DNA of 64,000 bases, from the IMG/VR virus record IMGVR_UViG_3300045988_160639, one strand, 5' to 3'. The position numbers and the translations under genes are program-made. Position 1 is the first letter of the stretch, and each line of letters starts with the position of its first letter. This document shows, piece by piece, positions 42,441-51,827 of this stretch. The notes below the pieces were generated by a model. It searched no databases, was not told the DNA's origin, and saw only the letters and a program-made list of their open reading frames with translations. Source of the DNA: a virus.

Positions 42441-42701
42441 ATGAATACTTCATATATAAGAAATATGAAAAACATAGAGTCTAATTCAGTAGATTCTTGG
42501 TATAATGTATGTTACTGTGTACCATTTAGGCATATGGATTTTAAGGAAACAAGATGTGATACGACAAGATTTGCATATAATAAGCTAAGATTGGACAGTC
42601 TTGGTGGTTGGGGACTATATTTTGTTAATGACAAAGACCAGCTTGTGGTGCTTGATTGGAGACAGATAATTAGTATGATTCCTATTCCAATAAAGGAATG
42701 A
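42441..42701 (+). CDS. Hypothetical protein
   Basis: AAGGAGATATTAAAAA-ATG context. Confidence 0.5.
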   Translation: MNTSYIRNMKNIESNSVDSWYNVCYCVPFRHMDFKETRCDTTRFAYNKLRLDSLGGWGLYFVNDKDQLVVLDWRQIISMIPIPIKE

Positions 42702-42709
42702 AAGTGAAA

Positions 42710-42792
42710 TTTTGTGATAAGTTTTAGTCTAAAATAATTCCATTTTAGACTAAAGACAGAATCATTGAACTATCACAAAACAGATTTTTTAT
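42710..42792 (+). terminator. Nested long hairpin followed by a T-run
   Basis: Outer stem TTTTGTGATA/TATCACAAAA, inner 13-bp stem TTTAGTCTAAAAT/ATTTTAGACTAAA, then TTTTTT. Confidence 0.5.
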
Positions 42793-42814
42793 TAAGTAAA
42801 AGGAGGTAATAATA

Positions 42815-42994
42815 ATGAACGAATATAGTAAGTGTAGATTTTGCAAATGTAATGATGAACATTATGGCTGTGGAGCAATATGTTGGAACTGGAGTGGCTA
42901 TGAGCCTGATACCAATAAGTTAATTGAAAAGGCAAAGGAAAAGGAAATAAGTGTTACAGACGTAATAACTTTGATAGACTTAGAAAGTAGGTAA
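42815..42994 (+). CDS. Cys-rich small protein (59 aa)
   Basis: SD AAGGAGG; CRFCKC...GCGAIC. Confidence 0.45.
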   Translation: MNEYSKCRFCKCNDEHYGCGAICWNWSGYEPDTNKLIEKAKEKEISVTDVITLIDLESR

Positions 42995-43000
42995 TAATAT

Positions 43001-43366
43001 ATGAATAATAATTCAACAATTCTCAATGCACACATTACAAGTACATCTCTCGGCTACGAAGACCACGGTATATTGACATTCGGTCTTGGTCTTGATATAG
43101 CTGACGGAACAAGTTGTGTGTTTGGTGGTTATGCTCTTGACAAATACAATGAGGAAACGAAGAAGCGTTATTGTCCACCTTACAGTATGGGACTGATAAC
43201 TCGAATAATGAAAGTAGTCGGTGTGAGCAAATGGGAAGATTGTAAGGGTGAATACATCAGAGTTGTTTCAAATGGTTGGGGCAGGTCAATTACAAAGATA
43301 GGAAATCTTATGAAAGACGAATGGCTGGATATACTAGAGTTTTTCAAAGAATATGGAATTGAGTAA
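43001..43366 (+). CDS. Hypothetical protein
   Basis: ORF packed closely after its neighbour. Confidence 0.5.
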   Translation: MNNNSTILNAHITSTSLGYEDHGILTFGLGLDIADGTSCVFGGYALDKYNEETKKRYCPPYSMGLITRIMKVVGVSKWEDCKGEYIRVVSNGWGRSITKIGNLMKDEWLDILEFFKEYGIE

Positions 43367-43444
43367 TGTGATAAAAAATTGCTTTTATAATATCTAAGTA
43401 AATAATAAGATAGGAGTGATAATTTGAATAAAGAGAAATTAACA

Positions 43445-44770
43445 ATGAACGTTTTATTTTCAGGAATTGGTTGTCAAGAAAGAGGTTTTGAAAACTCAAA
43501 TTTGTTTGATGTTGAAGTAGTAAATACATCAGAAATCAATAAAGAAGCAGTTCTTTCTTACGCAGTTATTCATTGTGGACTAACACAGGAAATGGTTGAT
43601 ACATATACTGAATATCCTTCAAGAGAAGAAATGGTAAGACAGCTTAAAGAAATCAATCTTGGTTATGAGCCTGAAAAGAATAAATATTATGATTGGGACA
43701 AGCTTGCAAGGCGTAAAACCAATGATATTGAAAAATATTGGCTTGCTTGTAAGCTAAGTGGCAATTTAGGGGATATAAGCAAAATAACAGAAATGCCTTA
43801 TGCTGATTTATGGACGTGCAGCTTTCCTTGTACCGATGTTTCTGTCGCCGGTAAAATGAAAGGCTTATCTCCAGATACATCAACAAGAAGTTCTCTTCTT
43901 TGGGAGAATATAAGACTTCTCAAAAGAGCAAAAGATGATGGAACGCTTCCAAAGTATCTTATGTTTGAAAATGTTAAGAATCTTGTAAGTAAGAAATTTA
44001 TTGATGACTTTAACAATCTGCTTGAAGTTCTTGATGAACTCAGTTTTAATTCCTATTGGAGAGTTCTCAATGCAAAGGATTGTGGAATACCTCAAAATAG
44101 AGAGCGTGTGTTTGTAATCAGTATTCGTAAAGATATTGATAATGGTACATATGATTTTCCAAAGCCTTTTGATACAGGTATTAGACTTAAAGATGTTCTT
44201 GATAAAGAAGTTGATGAGAAATATTATTTGAGCAACGAAACAATTTCACGATTTATTACAACTGAAAATTCAAGAAAAGCAATACTTTATGATGGTTGTC
44301 AATGTAAAAGAGAAGGCAAAAGTAGAGAATATAATGATTTTGCACCTTCCTTAACAGCACGAGACTATAAAGACCCACGAATGATAAATACAAATGTTGT
44401 AAACCAAGTAGGCAATTACAGACCCGATAGTAATAATTTTTCTAATCCACAAACGGGGAGAATTTATTCGTCTGATTATATTTCTCCTACACTTAATACA
44501 ATGCAGGGTGGGGATCGGCAGCCAAAAGTAACTGATTTTGCAGATAATAATTTTCGTGTCCGTAAGCTAACACCAAATGAGTGTTGGAAACTGATGGGTC
44601 TTACAGAAGAAGATTGTGCTAACGCTAAAAATATTGGTGTTGCTGATAGTCAGCTTTATAAGCAAGCAGGAAACGGAATAGTTACTAACTGTGTAGAACA
44701 GCTTGCAGAACATCTGTATAAGGCACAATATGATAATACATATAAGTGTACTGATGAAAATTTTATATAA
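43445..44770 (+). CDS. DNA (cytosine-5) methyltransferase
   Basis: Motif I FSGIGCQ, IV SFPCTDVS, VI FENVKN, VIII QNRERVF, X AGNGIV. Confidence 0.85.
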   Translation: MNVLFSGIGCQERGFENSNLFDVEVVNTSEINKEAVLSYAVIHCGLTQEMVDTYTEYPSREEMVRQLKEINLGYEPEKNKYYDWDKLARRKTNDIEKYWLACKLSGNLGDISKITEMPYADLWTCSFPCTDVSVAGKMKGLSPDTSTRSSLLWENIRLLKRAKDDGTLPKYLMFENVKNLVSKKFIDDFNNLLEVLDELSFNSYWRVLNAKDCGIPQNRERVFVISIRKDIDNGTYDFPKPFDTGIRLKDVLDKEVDEKYYLSNETISRFITTENSRKAILYDGCQCKREGKSREYNDFAPSLTARDYKDPRMINTNVVNQVGNYRPDSNNFSNPQTGRIYSSDYISPTLNTMQGGDRQPKVTDFADNNFRVRKLTPNECWKLMGLTEEDCANAKNIGVADSQLYKQAGNGIVTNCVEQLAEHLYKAQYDNTYKCTDENFI

Positions 44771-44940
44771 CCGCAGATGAACTTGACTGCGGAAATAAAT
44801 TAATTCAAGTTGCTGAAATTGATAAACCTGAATGGAGAGAAAGTAGACGTAGAGTTTATTCTATCGAAGGATTGTCTCCGACTTTGCACGGTATAGGTTG
44901 TGGTGGGAATACAGAACCTAAGATAATAGTAATACAATAA
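44758..44940 (+). pseudogene. Relic of a second C5-methyltransferase (target-recognition region only)
   Basis: RRVYSIEGLSPTLHGIGCGGNTEPKII parallels RIYSSDYISPTLNTMQGGDRQPKV of the intact enzyme. It has no start codon and no catalytic motifs. Confidence 0.5.
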
Positions 44941-44973
44941 AAATTTCATTTGATGATAGATAGGAGAGTTAAA

Positions 44974-45144
44974 ATGGGACAGCACAAACATAATCCGACC
45001 GCTATAAAAGCTAAGAACGGAGAGATTAAGTCAAAGGAAAAGGGCTTAACAAAATCACAATCGAAAAGGTTTATTGAAGCTACTGTCAAGACAGCGGTAG
45101 AAAGTATATGTCCTTTTCCATTCGTTACAAAATATATGGATTAA
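44974..45144 (+). CDS. Hypothetical protein, paralogue of 23129-23332
   Basis: Shared MGQHKHNP... N-terminus; SD AGGAG. Confidence 0.5.
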   Translation: MGQHKHNPTAIKAKNGEIKSKEKGLTKSQSKRFIEATVKTAVESICPFPFVTKYMD

Positions 45145-45183
45145 AAGGGCAAGAAAAAATGCGTAAAAGGAGTGATAAAGTAA

Positions 45184-45369
45184 GTGTTTGTAGATTTTGA
45201 CGAGGCTTGTCTTGATGAACCTTATCGCAAACTATTAGTAACCGTTCCTAAAGATTGTCCTTGTAGAAAATGTGATATGCCTAAATACATTCTAAATAAT
45301 TCAAATTATTATGATGAAATCTGTATGAGCTGTATCGAATATAAAGAATGGAGGAAATGTAATGGTTGA
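45184..45369 (+). CDS. Cys-rich small protein
   Basis: CPCRKCDMP...CMSC. Confidence 0.4.
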   Translation: MFVDFDEACLDEPYRKLLVTVPKDCPCRKCDMPKYILNNSNYYDEICMSCIEYKEWRKCNG

Positions 45370-45634
45370 ATATAAGCTGAAGCCTTGTCCGTTCTGCGGT
45401 GGCGATATGCTTGAAATTGACAGCAAGCGAACATCTACAGAAAGGAGAGTTGATACAGAAAAGGAAATCAGAAATGAAGCAATAAAAGAGTTTGCGGAAA
45501 GGCTGAAAAATACTATATTCAAATTGGAGGGTAATTCTCTAAATAAGGTTTATGAAACAGCAATGAATGATATGCTATTCTATTATATGCCTAAAATTAT
45601 AGATGATGTTGTAGAAGAAATGACGGAGGGCTGA
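45362..45634 (+). CDS. Lar-family restriction-alleviation-like protein
   Basis: N-terminal KLKPCPFCGG signature. Confidence 0.45.
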   Translation: MVEYKLKPCPFCGGDMLEIDSKRTSTERRVDTEKEIRNEAIKEFAERLKNTIFKLEGNSLNKVYETAMNDMLFYYMPKIIDDVVEEMTEG

Positions 45635-45636
45635 CA

Positions 45637-45990
45637 ATGACTGAAAAAGAATACATAAGTCTTGATACGGCTTATGACATAGGCACGCTTGAAGATTGGT
45701 ATATCAATTCAGTATCACAGGACGATACTCCAGTATGGACGGAGGAGCATCTTGAAGAATTATTTAATGATTTTTATGTTATTCCTAAAGATACGCTTAT
45801 CGCCGATGTCACACCTATTCGCCACGGACATTGGATAGACAAGCCATACCCCAACTATCCAGCACACGATATAAGATATTGTAGCGAGTGCGGTTGGAAT
45901 ATCCACAAATCAAAATTAAGAAATAGCGACTTGAATTGGAGTTACTGCCCTAATTGTGGAGCTGATATAAGAGGTGATAATACTGAATGA
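45637..45990 (+). CDS. Hypothetical zinc-ribbon protein
   Basis: CSECG...CPNCG. Confidence 0.5.
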   Translation: MTEKEYISLDTAYDIGTLEDWYINSVSQDDTPVWTEEHLEELFNDFYVIPKDTLIADVTPIRHGHWIDKPYPNYPAHDIRYCSECGWNIHKSKLRNSDLNWSYCPNCGADIRGDNTE

Positions 45991-46286
45991 TTTGGAACAT
46001 ATTTTACCACAACTGTAATACTGACAAAATCGAACCATTTAATATATTCAGACACGGTAGGTTTAGAGAAGATGTAATTAATGCACTTAATCATTATAAA
46101 GACAAGGACTCATTTGACAATTCGATAAGGGCTTCATTGTTCTATTATTTTTGTAGTAAGGCAGAATACGAAGTAATTATCAAAGCTTGGGTGGGTGGCG
46201 ATGCCGAAATTAAGATAGACATTTATGAACAGATTATGATGAACTGGGATAGGTTTTTAGATTATGTGTGGAGTTGTAAGGAGTGA
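45987..46286 (+). CDS. Hypothetical protein
   Basis: ATGA overlap with the upstream gene. Confidence 0.5.
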   Translation: MIWNIFYHNCNTDKIEPFNIFRHGRFREDVINALNHYKDKDSFDNSIRASLFYYFCSKAEYEVIIKAWVGGDAEIKIDIYEQIMMNWDRFLDYVWSCKE

Positions 46287-46290
46287 TTAA

Positions 46291-46485
46291 GTGAAGATTA
46301 CAGTTGATTACTTTATTAAGGTTAAGAAGGAAGTTGAAGTAACTCCAGAGGAATATTGCAAGCTTTATGCAGACTGTCATTCAAGACCTGATATATTTCC
46401 TGAAAACGCTTTTGATTGCAATATGTCATATGACACAAAAGGACTTAAAGAACTTGAAGATTTTTATGAAAAGCAAGCTAACTAA
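46291..46485 (+). CDS. Hypothetical protein
   Basis: GTG start after SD AAGGAG. Confidence 0.4.
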   Translation: MKITVDYFIKVKKEVEVTPEEYCKLYADCHSRPDIFPENAFDCNMSYDTKGLKELEDFYEKQAN

Positions 46486-46517
46486 ATCACAGTTTTATTG
46501 TAAAGTTGAAAATTATA

Positions 46518-47129
46518 TTAAGATTTTGGAATCATTTCAAAAATTTCAAGAGCAGTTTTGGCGATAGTAAGTAAAGCAATTAAAAAGGCTGTCACTATAC
46601 CAGCACCAGTGAAAAAACACTTAAACATAGTGATAATGCTACCATTGTGATTTTTGGCAGCATTTGTTTTAATTGTATTGACAATCATAGAAATTACTTT
46701 AAATAAAGGAGAAAACGTTATGTAGAAGAAGATAACTAATAGTATAGATGTCACGATGGAAAGCCAAATAGTGATTTCTTCGTTTGATAAATCAGCAAGC
46801 CAATAAATTGTTGCGAGCGCAGTAATAAAGGTATAACCCATATAAGATAAAAAATTTGCTATTCCGTCCATAATTTTGGTTTTGTCAGCGTATGGAAAAC
46901 AAAATATCGCAGATATCATACAAATAGACGTAATAATGGTTATAGCAAATGAATCTACTTTTGTCAATATTTCTATTATCCCAAAAAACATTCCTACTAT
47001 AAAGAGAGATAAGCTTAATCGAAACATATCGCTCTTATTTTTAGGTATGTAAGATTTTAGTTTGCTTTTAATTTTTTTAATATCTTTTTCTGCTTCGGTT
47101 GACATTACAATCTTCCTTTCATTTGTCAA
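46518..47129 (-). CDS. Polytopic membrane protein (moron-like, opposite strand)
   Basis: At least four hydrophobic helices; SD AAGGAAG on the minus strand. Confidence 0.6.
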   Translation of the reverse strand: MTNERKIVMSTEAEKDIKKIKSKLKSYIPKNKSDMFRLSLSLFIVGMFFGIIEILTKVDSFAITIITSICMISAIFCFPYADKTKIMDGIANFLSYMGYTFITALATIYWLADLSNEEITIWLSIVTSILLVIFFYITFSPLFKVISMIVNTIKTNAAKNHNGSIITMFKCFFTGAGIVTAFLIALLTIAKTALEIFEMIPKS

Positions 47130-47230
47130 TGATTTAATTATAACACAGATATTGGAAAATGTATATTAAAATACAATTAAAATTTAAATTAAAGTGTCCT
47201 AACGGAAACTGGGAAGGAGATGATACATAA

Positions 47231-47728
47231 ATGCTTGAACCTGCAATGTTACACAAAGAAGCCGTTCTTAATGGCTTAAAGAAACATATATACGATGACG
47301 AAATGACTTATTATTCGGGTTGGAATGGTTTTGAACTTCCAGAAATACCTGATAAGTTCGATGGTTGGGATTATAGATATGCTATCCTTGATGATAATGA
47401 TAACAACAAAGTCATCGGTTACTTTTGCTATACATATGATATGCACAATAGAAGTGTCAGCAACTTTGGTTTATATTCGTTTGATAAAAATAACTCCACT
47501 ATCGGCAAAGACGTTCTGCGAGAAATAAGACATATTATCAAAGACTATAAACCTCATCGTATTGAATGGCGAATGGTCGGTGGCAATCCTGTAGAAAAGC
47601 ATTATGATAAGTTTTGTGACCGATATAACGGTAAAAAGTTTATTTTTACAGATGCCTACAGGGACAGATATGGGAAATATCACAATGATGTAATGTACGA
47701 AATTATATTTAAGGACGGCGGTACTTAA
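47231..47728 (+). CDS. Hypothetical protein (possibly GNAT-like)
   Basis: SD GGAAGGAG; only weak resemblance. Confidence 0.45.
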   Translation: MLEPAMLHKEAVLNGLKKHIYDDEMTYYSGWNGFELPEIPDKFDGWDYRYAILDDNDNNKVIGYFCYTYDMHNRSVSNFGLYSFDKNNSTIGKDVLREIRHIIKDYKPHRIEWRMVGGNPVEKHYDKFCDRYNGKKFIFTDAYRDRYGKYHNDVMYEIIFKDGGT

Positions 47729-48084
47729 TGAACTACAATATATCTTTTAAAGTTAAAGTCGAAGGTATAGACAAGTATATAGAAGTTGGTAACTGTGATG
47801 CTAACATTGTTTGGGGTGTCCGTCGAATCATAACGCTTGTTACAGGACTGGACTGGAAGTATGATGCAAACAATGGACGATGTATCAATATTATACCTTA
47901 CATTAAAAAGGGGCTTTGTGAACTTCAGGAAAATCCAAATAGATATAGACAATATGAGGATGCTGAATACGGAAAAGTAGAAGATATAATTAAATTTTTT
48001 CAAAGAATCCTTAATGCTTGGCTTGAGTTTCGTATGGAAGAAGACCCTGAAATAGTAAGTGTTGCGACGTTTTGGATTGAGTAA
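47728..48084 (+). CDS. Hypothetical protein
   Basis: TAATG coupling to the upstream gene. Confidence 0.5.
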   Translation: MNYNISFKVKVEGIDKYIEVGNCDANIVWGVRRIITLVTGLDWKYDANNGRCINIIPYIKKGLCELQENPNRYRQYEDAEYGKVEDIIKFFQRILNAWLEFRMEEDPEIVSVATFWIE

Positions 48085-48092
48085 GAAAGAGA

Positions 48093-48428
48093 GTGATAAG
48101 AATGACTTGTAATGATTGTATACATAAAGATGTGTGCTATAAAATTGAACATTATGGCAGAGATTTAGAAGGTGAAGAGCCTTGCAAAGACTTTGTCAGT
48201 AAAATGATTTATCTCAACCATATTGATGAAGCAATACGTAAGTTCAATGATTTGGTTATAAAAAATGAGAAAGTTCAGTTATCCAATGACGAAATAAACT
48301 ATGTTGTTTTATTCAATCTTTATTTTGCAGAAGGAATAATAAATGATATGTCTGTTTCTGACGTAAAAGCTCTTACTCAAACACTTTTAGCTGAAAGTAC
48401 AAAAAATGATAGTCCTCAAACCACGTAA
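48093..48428 (+). CDS. Hypothetical protein
   Basis: ORF with SD GAGAG. Confidence 0.45.
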   Translation: MIRMTCNDCIHKDVCYKIEHYGRDLEGEEPCKDFVSKMIYLNHIDEAIRKFNDLVIKNEKVQLSNDEINYVVLFNLYFAEGIINDMSVSDVKALTQTLLAESTKNDSPQTT

Positions 48429-48486
48429 ATACGTCATTATTTTATTATAAAACAAAAATTTCATTGACAGAAGGAGATGTTAAAAT

Positions 48487-49140
48487 TTGAGTAATAATAA
48501 AGATTGGACAGGTAATAAGAAAACAACATTCGTTACACTTGGTGCAAGTAATCATACAGACCACGATAGAGCTGAACACGATTATTATGCAACAGAACCT
48601 AAAGCCGTTGAAGAACTAATGAAAGTAGAAAAATTCAATGGCTCTATCTGGGAAAATTGTTGTGGTGGGGGTCATTTGTCAGAGCCTATGATTAAAGCTG
48701 GCTATGATGTTGTAAGCACGGATTTAGTTGATAGAGGTTATGGAGAAGGTAATATTGATTTCTTCAAATGCAATAAATCTCTTGCTGACAATATAGTTAC
48801 TAACCCACCCTATTCAACAGCATTAGAGTGGACGGAACATTCGCTTGACTTGCTTGAAAGCGGTAAGAAACTTGCACTATTTCTTCCGATACAATTCCTT
48901 GAAAGTGATAAAAGAGCAAGACTTTTTAAGACAAGACCACCTGTAAGAGTGTGGGTAGCTGCTAACAGACTACTTTGTGGAATGAACGGTGATTTCAGTG
49001 CAAAAGATAAAGACGGTAATACTCTTTACAATAAAGACGGAACAGAAAAAAGAATGTCATCTGCAAAGTGCTATGCTTGGTTTGTCTGGGAAATAGGCAA
49101 TTATAATAACGCACCTGTTATCGGATGGATAAATACATAA
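48487..49140 (+). CDS. SAM-dependent DNA methyltransferase (N6-adenine or N4-cytosine type)
   Basis: Motif I ENCCGGGHLS; motif IV TNPPYS. Confidence 0.7.
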   Translation: MSNNKDWTGNKKTTFVTLGASNHTDHDRAEHDYYATEPKAVEELMKVEKFNGSIWENCCGGGHLSEPMIKAGYDVVSTDLVDRGYGEGNIDFFKCNKSLADNIVTNPPYSTALEWTEHSLDLLESGKKLALFLPIQFLESDKRARLFKTRPPVRVWVAANRLLCGMNGDFSAKDKDGNTLYNKDGTEKRMSSAKCYAWFVWEIGNYNNAPVIGWINT

Positions 49141-49155
49141 TGTAAAAGGATAAAA

Positions 49156-49332
49156 ATGAAATATATAATACAGGTATCAGAGTTGCTTGCAAGTAGACTT
49201 GAAATTGAAGCTGAAACTTCAGAGGAAGCAATTCAAAAGGTAAAGGATAAGTATTACGATGGTGATATTGTTCTTGAAGCAGATGATTATGTTGATGGCT
49301 CAGTTCAATTTGAAGTGGTTAACGAAATTTAA
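49156..49332 (+). CDS. DpnD/PcfM-like small protein (58 aa)
   Basis: IEAETSEEAIQKVKDKYYDGDIVLEADDYV pattern. Confidence 0.4.
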   Translation: MKYIIQVSELLASRLEIEAETSEEAIQKVKDKYYDGDIVLEADDYVDGSVQFEVVNEI

Positions 49333-49428
49333 GATACTATATATGGTACTTTATGCTCAAAATATTACTATATGTAGTCAAAATTATACAATGAAAAACA
49401 GTATTTAATGAAAGGAGGGTATGTTAAT

Positions 49429-49776
49429 ATGAAACCATATTGGAAATATCAATGGGAAAGTGAACGTGATTGGGATGGAGGACATACAAACCGTTCTTGG
49501 TATGAATGTAGCAACTGTGGACATATAGAACAATACTCCACTAAAGATATATGTCCTTCTTGTAATTCATATATGCGTTATCATACAACTTTAACAGTTG
49601 GCGAACTTAAAGCAATTTTAAAAAAATACAACGATAATGACAAAGTTTGTATTGCAGAAAACAATCATAATTTTTCTGTAGAAGCAACTACAACTATTGA
49701 TAAAAGCTTTATTAAACAGTATTTTGGCGATGATTGCATGGGTGTTCTTTTAAATATAAAATCAGAAATTAAATAA
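49429..49776 (+). CDS. Zinc-ribbon protein
   Basis: SD GGAGGG; CSNCGH...CPSC. Confidence 0.5.
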   Translation: MKPYWKYQWESERDWDGGHTNRSWYECSNCGHIEQYSTKDICPSCNSYMRYHTTLTVGELKAILKKYNDNDKVCIAENNHNFSVEATTTIDKSFIKQYFGDDCMGVLLNIKSEIK

Positions 49777-49805
49777 CATAAATGACTCGTTTTATTGTAT
49801 AAATT

Positions 49806-50036
49806 GTGGAAAAGGAGCTGATAGTAGTGTACAATATAAAAATTGGTGATAAAGTCGTTATGAACGATCACTATTATGTAAGCAATCAAAATAAAGAGAA
49901 GGTTTGGACAGTATGTTCTGAGCCTTGGATGTGTTGTGGTACACTTGTGGTAAAGCTTGAGGGTAAATCAGGCGGTTATGCAGTTGACGGATTGGACGTT
50001 GTAAATATAAGTGTAACTCATGAAAGGAAGTGTTAA
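49806..50036 (+). CDS. Hypothetical protein
   Basis: ORF; start uncertain, with an alternative GTG at 49827. Confidence 0.4.
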   Translation: MEKELIVVYNIKIGDKVVMNDHYYVSNQNKEKVWTVCSEPWMCCGTLVVKLEGKSGGYAVDGLDVVNISVTHERKC

Positions 50037-50037
50037 A

Positions 50038-50409
50038 ATGAATCTAAAAGTAAACATATCTGTTGATGAAAATACTGATATTGAAGATATTCAAAATCAG
50101 ATTATTCACGAAGTAGCAATCCAAATGCTAAATGAAGTAATGCGTAATCAAGACCATTATGGTAGGAGTTTTAAAGATAAACTTACAGAAACTGTTATCA
50201 AGATGATTGGCAATGCTCTTGATGACGACATGAAAAAAGAAATTACAGAACGTGTTAAATCTGATGTTTCTAATAAATATATAAGAACCAAACAATATAA
50301 AGAACTCAAAGACGAGTTTGATATTGTCACCGATAAGGAAATTGAGTCTGGATTACAGAAAATTATTTCTAAGTTGGTTAAATCAGAAATGCAGAAAATG
50401 TTTAAGTGA
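50038..50409 (+). CDS. Hypothetical protein
   Basis: AGGAAGTGTTAAA-ATG context. Confidence 0.5.
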   Translation: MNLKVNISVDENTDIEDIQNQIIHEVAIQMLNEVMRNQDHYGRSFKDKLTETVIKMIGNALDDDMKKEITERVKSDVSNKYIRTKQYKELKDEFDIVTDKEIESGLQKIISKLVKSEMQKMFK

Positions 50410-50435
50410 TATTATGTAGGAAGGATTGAAATAAT

Positions 50436-50804
50436 ATGTATATGAATAAGTCGCTCAACCTATCAAAAAGTTCAGACAAACTAAAACAACTTATCGCAGA
50501 AAATCCAGACTTGCCTATTGTAGTTCTTGTAGGTCAGTATGCAGCTTTGGATGATTATGGGTACACATATTGTACTAAAATTCATTTTAGTGTTGATGAA
50601 ATCCTTGATTGTACATTGCCATTTAGCGATGATTATGTATATAACGACCGAGATGATTTTAAAGATGCTCTATTAAATTACTTAGCTGAATGTGAAGAAT
50701 ACGAAAATCTATCTGATGAAGAATTTCAAACCTTATTAATCAAAGAACTCAGCAAGTATGAACCTTATTGGAAGAAAGTAATCGCTATAACAGGTGATAA
50801 TTGA
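50436..50804 (+). CDS. Hypothetical acidic protein
   Basis: SD AGGAAGGA. Confidence 0.5.
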   Translation: MYMNKSLNLSKSSDKLKQLIAENPDLPIVVLVGQYAALDDYGYTYCTKIHFSVDEILDCTLPFSDDYVYNDRDDFKDALLNYLAECEEYENLSDEEFQTLLIKELSKYEPYWKKVIAITGDN

Positions 50805-50816
50805 AAGGAGAATATA

Positions 50817-51260
50817 ATGAGTACATATGTAAGAGAAAAGGTGTTAAGAATACCTTTTGAAAAACTGTTTAAAATATGTTCTATTTCAGATTGGTTTACC
50901 AGCGATGATTTAGACGATATGTCTTGGTTGCTTGAAAAGAAGTTCCCAAATGAATTTGAATATGCAACGGTTGGTAAATTTCAAATATCACCAGCAGAAG
51001 ATGAGTTTATTGACTTTGTTCTTGAGTATGAATGGGACAGTTTCTGTGGAGATTTCGGTAAAGTCAGAGACTTATATAACATCGAGAAAGAAAATTTCCT
51101 ACCCGTTTTTCAACGTCTTAACCCTGACTTCACTCTTGAAAATATGGACAATGTTAAGGTTGTAGAGTTCTGTTGGTATAATTGTTGTGAAGCTCCAAAT
51201 TATTATGATGTTGAAGATGATGATTTTTACAAGGAAATAAAGAGGGAGGATATAAAATGA
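50817..51260 (+). CDS. Hypothetical acidic protein
   Basis: SD AAAGGAG. Confidence 0.5.
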   Translation: MSTYVREKVLRIPFEKLFKICSISDWFTSDDLDDMSWLLEKKFPNEFEYATVGKFQISPAEDEFIDFVLEYEWDSFCGDFGKVRDLYNIEKENFLPVFQRLNPDFTLENMDNVKVVEFCWYNCCEAPNYYDVEDDDFYKEIKREDIK

Positions 51261-51502
51261 AAATTCATAAATGTGACCTGTGTGGTAAAGACTTCAACAC
51301 TCTTGATGAACAAGAACATTTCGGATTGCATTATAACAATGTTGGTTATGGCAGTATATATGATGGGTGCCACATTGACATAGATATGTGTTGTGATTGT
51401 TTTGATAAAATGATGACTGAATACATAGTGCCAAAGTTAAAGTTTAAGGATTCAGCTATTATGGATTATGAAGATTTTGTTGTAAAACATTATCCAACAT
51501 AA
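51257..51502 (+). CDS. Cys-rich small protein
   Basis: CDLCGK...CCDC; ATGA overlap with the upstream gene. Confidence 0.5.
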   Translation: MKIHKCDLCGKDFNTLDEQEHFGLHYNNVGYGSIYDGCHIDIDMCCDCFDKMMTEYIVPKLKFKDSAIMDYEDFVVKHYPT

Positions 51503-51518
51503 TAATATAGCATAATGA

Positions 51519-51534
51519 AAATCCACTTTTATTG
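51519..51534. repeat. Left arm of a perfect 16-bp inverted repeat, AAATCCACTTTTATTG
   Basis: Exact reverse complement of 51812-51827. Confidence 0.9.
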
Positions 51535-51800
51535 GACTTTATATCATCATAAAGTTCTTTAGTCATATGTATGTTAAGTGGATTCCAACCTTGCTGAAGT
51601 GCTTGCCAAAAGGCGATTAAGTATTCATTACTGTCATTTGCTTGTTTATTCTCACACTTAATTTTATCAATTACGTTACAACCACCAGCAAAAGGCTCAA
51701 TATATGTTGTGATGTTATTATTATCTATATACTTCTGGATAATCGGTACAATGTCCTTTGCTATACGGCTTTTACTTCCCATATACTTAATTTCAATCAT
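51535..51800 (-). CDS. N-terminal segment of a Dam (D12-class) N6-adenine methyltransferase, inverted relative to the rest of the gene
   Basis: YMGSKSRIAKDIVP...YIEPFAGGCNV (SAM motif I). The frame runs through the repeat into a nonsense tail. Confidence 0.75.
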
Positions 51801-51811
51801 CTCCTTTTATA

Positions 51812-51827
51812 CAATAAAAGTGGATTT
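51812..51827. repeat. Right arm of the inverted repeat, CAATAAAAGTGGATTT
   Basis: Exact reverse complement of 51519-51534. Confidence 0.9.

Noticed and set aside
51642-51811. N-terminal 57 codons of track ORF 51642-52265.
   Set aside because: This part is the antisense shadow of the inverted Dam N-terminal segment. Real methyltransferase similarity begins only after the inverted repeat at 51828.
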